A DNA stretch of 64,000 nt from Octopus vulgaris (lineage: Eukaryota): NCBI GenBank assembly GCA_951406725.2, contig OX597822.1, positions 42,966,001-43,030,000 on the forward strand, written 5' to 3'. Shown piece after piece: positions 55,910-64,000 of this stretch. Numbering within the stretch: the first letter of the stretch is position 1; every line of letters begins with the position of its first letter. A program made the position numbers and the translations under genes. The notes beneath the pieces were generated by a model, which was given only the letters and a program-made list of their open reading frames with translations, did not search any database and was not told the origin of the DNA.

Positions 55910-57431
55910 TTCTTTTATTCTTTTACTTGTTTCAGTCATTTGACTGCAGCTATGCTGGAGTGCCACCTTTTAAGGATTTTTAACCAAAGGAATCGCGTGT
56001 AGGACTCCGGCACCAGGACTTATTCTTTGTAAGCCTAGTACTTATTCTATCGGTGTCTTTTGCCGAACTGTTAGGTTACAGGGATGTAAACACACCAACA
56101 TCGGTTGGCAAGTGATTGCGGAGGCAACGAACACAGGCACAAAGGCATGTACACACACTCACACATGCATACACACATAAATATACACACACACACGCTC
56201 ACACACACATCTATATATACACTCACACATATACACACACACATGCACACACACGCATATATACATATACACACTCACACACACACACACATTTAAGGTG
56301 GTGGTCGAGTATCACCACAGTCAAATTGACTTTAAACAAGTTAAAGATATATATATACCACAGGCTTCATCCGGTTTCCGTCTACAAAATCCGCTGAAAA
56401 GGCTTTAGTCGGGCCGAGGCTATAGAAGAAGACACTTGTTGAAGGCTGTTGTTGTTGTTATTATTGTTGTTGGCCACCTCAGAAGCGCTAGAGCCGCGGA
56501 AGGGAGCTGAATCATCTCATCCATTGTAGCCCCTAGTTGGCGGATATAGCGTTCCACAGTCGGCCGGACATCTCAGCCAGAGATGTTCAGCAGATTCCAC
56601 CTCCTCGTTACAGAGTCTGCATTGATCTGTGTCGCTGCATTCTGCCATCTTTTGCCACCGCCTGAGCGCCGGATGATGACCACTACGGAAGCGTATCATG
56701 TCTGTGAAGTCTACCTTCGAGAGGGCTGCTTCGGTTCTTTCATCCGGCTTCTTCGTGAAGACTTCCTTCAGACGAGGGTGTTGAATTGGCGTTGGCTGGA
56801 ACGTTCGACGAATAACCGCCTGACGAATGGCTGTATCGATGGTGGCATCTGGTTGTGGCAGCACCGAGCCACGTTTTGCCTGCATATCTGCGAGTTCATT
56901 GCCGCGGAGGTTGCAATGGCCCGGCACCCAGGTCACCGTCAAAATCTTGCCAGCTTCTACTAGGGCTGCTGTTTGTTGCAATTCTCTAATTGTCGAGTCT
57001 TGGGGGAACGGGTTGTCTAACGCTTCAACTAATGATTTGCAATCGCAAACTGTAGTTGTGGAGGCCCGGTTGTCATTGGCTTGTAGCCACCGGAGGGCTT
57101 CGTTAAATGCTGCTCGCTCTGAGTGGAATGAGTTGCTGTGAGCTCTAGTCGGGGCGTGCCGCTCGAGGACCACCGCATCGTGTATCAGCACTACCACACA
57201 GGCTCCGCCGTTGGTTGTGCCTTCTCTAGTCGAGCAATCAGTGTAAAAAAATACGTCAGGGGAATTGGGTAGGCTGGCAAGTGTTTGTTGAGCTGTCACC
57301 AGTTGTACATCGACGGGCATCTGCTCCGTGGTGGGAATGTAGACGGTAGTCTTGTTGAAGGTGCCACGCTGAGGGATGAACCCGGGAAGCATGTGGCTGG
57401 GAAGCAAGCTTCTAACCACACAGCCACGCCT
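55910..57431 (-). mobile_element. SINE family A split by a LINE insertion
   Basis: Body at 55910-56445, head at 57351-57431. Confidence 0.85.
56446..57350 (-). mobile_element. 5'-truncated RNase H-bearing LINE (I/Ingi group) with (CAA)n tail
   Basis: FYTDCS, DCKSL, WVPGHCNLRGNELAD and CRLC..ESAEHLWLRC; perfect TSD CTTGTTGAAGG at 56435-56445 and 57351-57361. Confidence 0.9.
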
Positions 57432-57543
57432 TCGACTATAATAAATATTTTTCTCTTTTTCATTGATTTCTTTTAAGATTTAAATAGAAATCAATGTAAA
57501 TGAAAAAAAATCTAGGCCAGTACTGAAATATTGATGACTTATG

Positions 57544-57574
<31 letters not shown>

Positions 57575-57842
57575 TACACACTCACACACACAAAAGCACA
57601 AAAACACACATACACACAAGCACACTCGCACAAGCATACACACATACACAAACACAAGCACACACAAACGCACAAGCACATACAAAAATGCACACACACA
57701 CAAGCACACGCCCACACGCACACATACACAATAACACACACACACAAGTACACACACACACAAGCACGCACACACAAGCACACACACGCACACAAACACA
57801 CAGACAGACACACATAGAGACATACACACACACATACACACG

Positions 57843-57902
<60 letters not shown>

Positions 57903-58218
57903 GTCAGATGATAGCCGTTATACATTTCAGCCTGCTTGTTCCACTTTACTTTCATTCTTTCATGTACGCATTTATAACTATTTTTTTTTCATCACGCATC
58001 CATCACCACAGAATTTTATGAAATACAAACTGGATGAGGAAATGAAATGACAGTGACACATCTGTGCTTCATTGGATTTAATCTTGTACAACACCTTAGC
58101 TACTTTCCCGGTCGCTATAGTACATTCCAATAAGAAACACTGCAAGACGACTCGTTTTATATCTTTCTCTTAGAAGAGCTGCCTTCCATACGGCTTTATC
58201 AATAATGACAGGAACCTC

Positions 58219-58836
58219 AAGGCGGCGAGCTGGCAGAAACGTTAGTACTCCGGGCGAAATGTTTAGCGGTATTTTGTCTGCCGTTACGTTTTGTGTTCAA
58301 ATTCCGTCAAGGTCGACTTTGCTTTTCATCCTTTCGGGATCGATTAAATAAGTACCAGTTACGCACTGGGTTCGATGTAATCGACTTAATCCGTTTGTCT
58401 GTCCTTGTTTGTCCTCTCTGTGTTTAACCCCTTGTGGGTAGTAAAGAAATAGGTATTTCGTCTGCCGTTACGTTCTGTGTTCAAATTCCGCCGAAGTCGA
58501 CTTTGCCTTTCATCCTTTCTGTGTTGATAAATTAAGTACCAGTTACGCACTGGGATCAATGTAATCGACTTAATCCCTTTGTCTGTCCTTGTTTGTTTCT
58601 TCTATGTTTAGTCCCTTGTGGGCAATAAAGAAATAAGAAACGTTAGCACGCCGGGCGAAATGCTTAGCGGTATTCCGTCTGTCTTTACGTTCTGTGTTCA
58701 AATTAAGCAGAGGCCGACTTTGCCTTTCACCCTTTCGGGATCGATAAGTTAAGTACCAGTTGCGTACTGAGGTCAATCTAATCGACTGGCCCACCTCTCT
58801 CCAAAAATGTCGGGCCTTGTACCTAGAGTAGAAAAG
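58219..58836 (+). mobile_element. SINE family B trimer (X+X+Y) with an 18-bp TSD
   Basis: AATAAYGACAGGAACCTC at 58201-58218 and 58837-58854; junctions at 58451/58452 and 58635/58636. Confidence 0.9.
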
Positions 58837-58869
58837 AATAACGACAGGAACCTCCTCTACCCATCGGTA

Positions 58870-59035
58870 AACTATTTAATCAACAGATGAGACCCTTACT
58901 GGTGTTACCGTTCTGAGTCAGAACGGACCTGGGAATAATGGTAATTAAAGGATCAGTTCACGCACCCCCACAATTCCAGAACTCCCGTGGTGGAGCTTCA
59001 CCACCCGGTGCAGTTTAATGTCAGAACCAAGACTA
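58870..59035 (-). mobile_element. Short repeat homologous to the RTE-derivative 5'UTR at 19353-19550
   Basis: GTCTTGGTTCTGACATTAAACTGCA..TTCCCAGGT..GTAAGGGTC resembles 19355-19545. Confidence 0.55.
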
Positions 59036-59184
59036 TGTATGTATGTATGTATGTATGTATGTATGTATGTATGTATGTATGTATGTATGTATGTATGTAT
59101 GTATATGTATGTATATATGTATGTATATATATACATACATATATACATACATACATACATACATACATACACATACATACATAC

Positions 59185-59226
<42 letters not shown>

Positions 59227-59253
<27 letters not shown>

Positions 59254-59381
59254 ACGAAGATGGGTGTGTTAACAACAAACAGATGTACTAGTTTAACGTT
59301 CGAGAAGTGAGAAGTGAGAAGTGAGAAAGTCTTTTACGTTTCGAGCCTAAGCTCTTCGACAGAAAGGAACATAGAAATAAA
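59227..59381 (-). mobile_element. Truncated (TA)n-associated Penelope-like repeat with a minimal hammerhead variant (59331-59366)
   Basis: CTTT-CTGTCGA-A-GAGC ttag GCTC-GAAAC-GTA-AAAG; homologous to 1095-1215. Confidence 0.55.
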
Positions 59382-59843
59382 CGGGCATACGGATCCGTTG
59401 AGGTTCAATTCTCAGAGGAAAAGGTGGCTCGCGGGCACGCCGTGTGCCCCCTGAAGACCAAGGAAGTGGTACTTTTGCCAACGTACAGGGGGCGACGAAC
59501 ATCCCGTGTAAGGATTAACGAAATCCCACCCACAGTAGATCCGAAAGAAGTGGTAGCCGGCCTGTTGTTTAACAGGACGGACCGGATAAACATATTACAG
59601 ACCACAAGTTCCGCCCCACAGATGTGGTTAGGGCGGAACATAACGGTTTTAATACAAGGCAAACAGGAGGGCATTCAGGCCCTACCAGAGAGAGTACTTG
59701 TTGGGGAGAATGTGGCCCTTAGGGTACAGGTGGAAGGCCGTAAGCCCACCTGTTACCAATGCGGAAAAAAGGGCCACATTCGAGCTGACTGTGAAGTCCC
59801 CCAGCCTAGGTCTCTGCTTGAACCAATTAACAATGTCCGTTAA
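59382..59843 (+). pseudogene. 5'-truncated gag-like ORF1 paralogue with a CCHC knuckle
   Basis: KEVVLLPTYRGRRT..VEGRKPTCYQCGKKGHIRADC aligns with KEILFLPTYHGKRL..LEGRPPRCHRCLESGHIKKNC. Confidence 0.75.
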
Positions 59844-59950
59844 GGACGTTAATCGCGGAAGGTAGAACCGAACGTGCGGTGACCACACCTGTTCTCCATC
59901 CAAGTAAAGAATAAGCCATTTGGATTACACTTTTGGATTACCTTTTGGAC

Positions 59951-61871
59951 CAATTTTTGTGGAAGTTGCGTTCCAGTTGCGGCGTTCCAGGTTCAACTCA
60001 GGCCGGGAGTACCGTAAGGCCAGAAGATTTTTGCTGTGTTTTGCTGTTTATTGACTTTCTTTTGAACTTTATTTAACTCCCCTTTTTGTTTTTTTGTTTA
60101 TTGTGACTTTCCGTTGATTTCTTCCCTTCTGTTGTGCTTTCTCCTTTTTGTATCTTCCCTATTTTTTTCAAAAAATCTATCGAATTTTATTAGGACTTTT
60201 GAACTTTTTTGTTCTCGCTTTTTAAGTTTATTTTGAATATATTTAAAAAAAAAAAAAAAAAAATATATGGCAATGAAAAATGACAAACTTTTGGAATGGG
60301 AGATTATACCGCCTAAAAAGTGGTTAAAAGACCGTGAAGATAGGACGGTGGTGTTGAGAACCTACTCCATCGCCCTATTCGAAAAGACGGCAATTGAAAA
60401 GGAGTTGGCAGAGTATTTGCCAACAATTAAATTCATTTCCAGGGGTGTCAGATATGCAACGGTGTGGTTGCTATTTGACACCCCTGAAGAGGCTTGCAAA
60501 TTTGCTAGTAAACCCCTGGAGGGCAAGGAAATTTTATTTCTGCCCACGTACCATGGAAAGAGACTGACGAAAGCTTGGATCTGCGGGCTGCCACCCGGGA
60601 TAAAACCCGAGTGGATAGAGGAGACTATCCGCCGGGGTCTGGGTAGCAGCGGGACTAAGGTTCTTAATGTGAAAGTTCTTCCTGCGGCTGTTTGGGTTGG
60701 GTCAAAAGCAATTTTGACCCTTTGGACCCAATCAGCCAATCTGGTTCTTCCAGATTTTTTGAAAATGGCCGGGTGCAGGTACCCGGTGATACTTGAGGGT
60801 CGCCCCCCTAGGTGTCATCGGTGCTTGGAGTCCGGCCATATAAAGAAAAACTGTCCCCGGGAACAAAGTAGGATCCCGGAGCAGTTAAGTGAAACCCCTG
60901 TAGAAGAGGGAATGAAGACGGCCGAGAAAGCGGAGGACTCCTCAAACAGAGGCCGAAAGAGGAAGGTGAGCAACAATGGGTGCTCATCAAAGGATACTAG
61001 GGATGAGGAGGGAAAGGCGAATCTTCCGGCCACGGAGGAGACGCACCCTCCCTTAGCTGAAAAGAAAAAAAGAAAAAGAGGAAGAGAAACGGGACATTGC
61101 CGGCAGTCGGTGACATAGTACCGGAATGTCCCGGAACTACGTCGGTTGGGGTTGTGCCACCGACAGGAGAAGAAACACCGTTGGCGGGAACTGTGCCGCC
61201 AACGAAAGAATTGAATATCCCGCCCCCGAGGAAAAACGATGTATTGATCCTCTTCCATAGAGGCGGAAAAATTGAAAAGGTAATGGAAAAGCACCATAAG
61301 GGAGCACCTTTAGCCTTGACACAGGACCCCGAATGGCCTCTGCAGGTAGCTGTGGAGGCCGTGGAGTTCGACGTGACGCTTGGGCTGAAGGAGCTCAATG
61401 AGGATTATAGCTTGGTCCCGGGCGACGCTAACACGGAACTCGATTACATTCTGAGGGAGGCGTGGTGGATGACGGAGGGTGCGGGCACAAGTTATTTTGA
61501 GGACGATTCACAAATTGTGATACGACCTAGAGCTGGCGCATTCCTAAGGGAAGTGTAAGCCAGGTCTGGGAGGAGGGGCTTTGTGTATTGTATTTATATC
61601 ATATGTAATTATTGAACTATGTTGTTGTTAGTAATGGACTGTTAAGTCCAAAAATTGAAAAGTTGTAAAAATTGTAAGAGGTTTAATACCTCGTTTTGTG
61701 TTTGTTTTTAAAGGAACAATGTTTTAGAGAAGCAGAAGTCGGCGGGCGCTTTTTGTCTTCTCCCATCCCCATCATCTTTCTTTCATTATCATTCATTTCA
61801 TTAATGTCCTCATCCAGCCCGCAAAGCTAACTTACTCTATGTACTGACTTTATGGCAAATGTTATGAAATA
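59951..61871 (+). mobile_element. ORF1-only Tx1/L1-related retroelement, copy 2
   Basis: Colinear with 22939-20735 apart from a ~350-bp deletion; same 3' junction to a headless SINE A. Confidence 0.8.
60267..61558 (+). CDS. Gag-like ORF1 (~430 aa if the single frameshift in the A-rich run near 61060-61080 is corrected)
   Basis: ORFs 60267-61118 and 61097-61558; CX2CX4HX4C knuckle and basic KKKRKR; copy 1 reads through this point in one frame. Confidence 0.7.
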
Positions 61872-62245
61872 AAGTAGCTTGTTTACCAACCACATGGTTC
61901 CGGGTTCAGTCCCACTGCGTTGCACCTTGGGCAAGTGTCTTCAACTATTGCCTCGGGCCGATCAAAGCCTTGTGGGTGGATTTGGTAGACGGAAACTGAA
62001 AGAAGCCCGTCGTATATATGTATATATGTGTGTGCTTGTATGTTTGTCTGTGTTTGTTCCCCTAGCATTGCTTGACAACCAATGCTGGTGTGTTTATGTC
62101 CCCGTCACTTTGCGGTTCGGCAAAAAGAGACCGATAGAATAAGTACTGGGCTTACAAAGAATAAGTCCCGGGGTCGAGTTGCTCGATTAAAGGCGGTGCT
62201 CCAGCATCGCTGCAGTCAAATGACTGAAACAAGTAAAAGAGTAAA

Positions 62246-62248
<3 letters not shown>
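61872..62248 (+). mobile_element. SINE family A lacking the first ~20 nt of the head
   Basis: Begins at AAGTAGCTTGTTTACCAACC. Confidence 0.88.
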
Positions 62249-62291
<43 letters not shown>

Positions 62292-62907
62292 ATATCCATA
62301 TATATATATTCTACACCTATGCAAACACAAACACGCACAAGCACGCATGCGGGTGCGCACACTCATACACATTCGCACGAATATGCATGCTGTCTTATAA
62401 TGATAGGCACGTTTATTTGTAATTGACATGATTGTGGATACCTGCACCATCTTTAAATGTACTGTATTTCAAATGCCGGAATTTACGAGTTTACAATGGT
62501 TTTCTTTTTCTTTTCCAGATCATTAGTGTTTATACATTTTAATCCTTAATGATGTCATCATGGGTTCCACTAAAACTTGCATTCGTTACTGAAACGCACT
62601 TCTCTTGCGGATACTTTCCACCGTCACACAAAGTCAATTACGACGACGTTTCCAGAAGCTTTAGGCACCGTCTAGTAAGGTGATCCTGCGTGATGTTGGT
62701 AACTTTTGTCAGGTAGGCAACATCAACGAGAGAGAGAATGGGCAGGACGAACTCGAATGTTCTGTATTGTATTCAATGTTGGACATGTCACGAGTGCATT
62801 GAACAAGTGGCTGTAAGTCAGTTTTCCTATCAGTTGGCTGAACAGGTAAACATCACTCGTAATAATGTTGCCAGGATTTAAAAAAAAAAAAAAAAATAAA
62901 GAAGACT

Positions 62908-64000
62908 TAGAGTAACCACTCGACTATTGCGGGTGTTACGTTCCAAAACACCCCGCGATAGATGAACATTCGTGAAGTAGAAACAGTACTATACTGTATA
63001 TTTAAAAAAAAATATTTTTATAATTTGTATATATTTATTTTATTATTGGGTTGTCCGGAAAGTCCGTGCCGATTTTTAAAGGAAAGGAAAAGGTCAATAA
63101 ATACTTGCCATTACATTTTAATCAACCAAATATGAACCACTTTGTTGCACAATGCGTTTCCATCTTTCCTTTAACTTGAAAATACCCTCTTCCCAGAATT
63201 GAGGTGGTTTCATGGCAAAGAATTCATCAAGGTATCTTTTTACGTCATCCAAGGAATTGAAATTTTTACCATTAAGGCTATTCTGCAGAGACCTCAATGA
63301 GTGGAAATCTAAAGGAGCAACATCTGGTGAATATGGCGGGTGGGGTAACACATCCCAGCCGAGCTGCAGCAATTTTTGTCTGGTTCCCAAAGCATCAAGT
63401 GTCGAAAATGAACTTTCTTATCTTCCATTTTAAAGGGTTACAGAACTAACACAGGTTATAGGAACATAAACCTTCTTCCACGACAAGATAGCTTAAACTG
63501 TGCTCAAAATGGAGGTGTAGTCAGATCCTATTTTATGGACTCAACCATATTCTAAAATAAGTCGAAATGTAAGCTACTATAAATCGGCACTAACTTCCTG
63601 GACAACCCAATATTTTTATACGCTTAAGCTTTTATAAACTCTCCTCACACTCTAAGGAGTACCTGTATCTTCTCATTTTTTGCGGGTAAGGAACATAATG
63701 ATGGGCAGTTGCTGGCGCTGCCTCTTCTTCTGTGTAAGGAAGAAAGGCTTAGAAGGTACAAAACATTTGAGCGACATCGTAAGACTTGAAATAAATTCAC
63801 AGTTTTACACACAAATGCAAAACAACACCACGCACTCGCCTCCTGAGTTTCGCTTACCTTACAGTATGTGCAATTCTTTGTTTACTCAACTACGGTACAC
63901 TACGTATTTTCTTTTAATATATTTTAATTAATGTGTAATACACTGAAGTTCTGTACTGTGTTTTTATTCATTAGTTTATTAATTATTAGATGTGAAAATG
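62908..64000. mobile_element. Tigger/pogo-like non-autonomous element, interrupted by a mariner derivative
   Basis: End resembles Tigger TIR/subterminal sequence (GCGGGTGTTACGTTCCAAAACACCCCGCG); right boundary uncertain. Confidence 0.45.
63046..63610 (-). mobile_element. Internally deleted derivative of the 35200-36471 mariner
   Basis: Both TIRs and TA TSDs present; ~700-bp deletion joined at a CTTT microhomology. Confidence 0.92.

Noticed and set aside
58219-58836. Regularly repeated units as a CRISPR-like array
   Set aside because: The units are ~190-bp SINE bodies without unique spacers, the context is eukaryotic, and no cas genes are present.
62519-62850. Strong plus-strand acceptor at 62518 as a coding exon
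   Set aside because: All three frames close within ~30 nt and no partner exon was found; it could still be a UTR or lncRNA exon.

Overview
Repeat-dense, AT-rich animal DNA, most likely octopus or another coleoid cephalopod. This is inferred from the SINE families and the extreme (TA)n/(CA)n/(TATG)n/(TATC)n density. Most ORFs in the track are microsatellite artefacts. One probable host gene lies on the minus strand. It has a ~2.57 kb exon starting MGSCLCC (13488-10921, with an apparent 1-nt slip in an (AGT)n run) and a short terminal exon (10022-9967). A possible non-coding first exon lies next to a perfect RFX X-box at 29.3 kb. The rest is mobile DNA: four or five tRNA-derived SINE families, a tRNA-Lys copy with a SINE tail, mariner/maT/Tigger/hAT elements, a MITE with telomere-like repeats, and CR1-, RTE-, R4-, RNase H- and Tx1-type LINE fragments. 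The most unusual signal is a set of Tx1-related elements that appear to insert into the tRNA-like heads of SINEs. Two copies of an RT-less, ORF1-only element join the same base of SINE family A, one with a target-site duplication and an internal third target copy. SINE family B multimers and a Tx1 ORF2 fragment share one junction region in the family B head. Several minimal type-I hammerhead motifs also occur, including a retrozyme-like 287-bp tandem. All calls were made by eye, and many boundaries are approximate.
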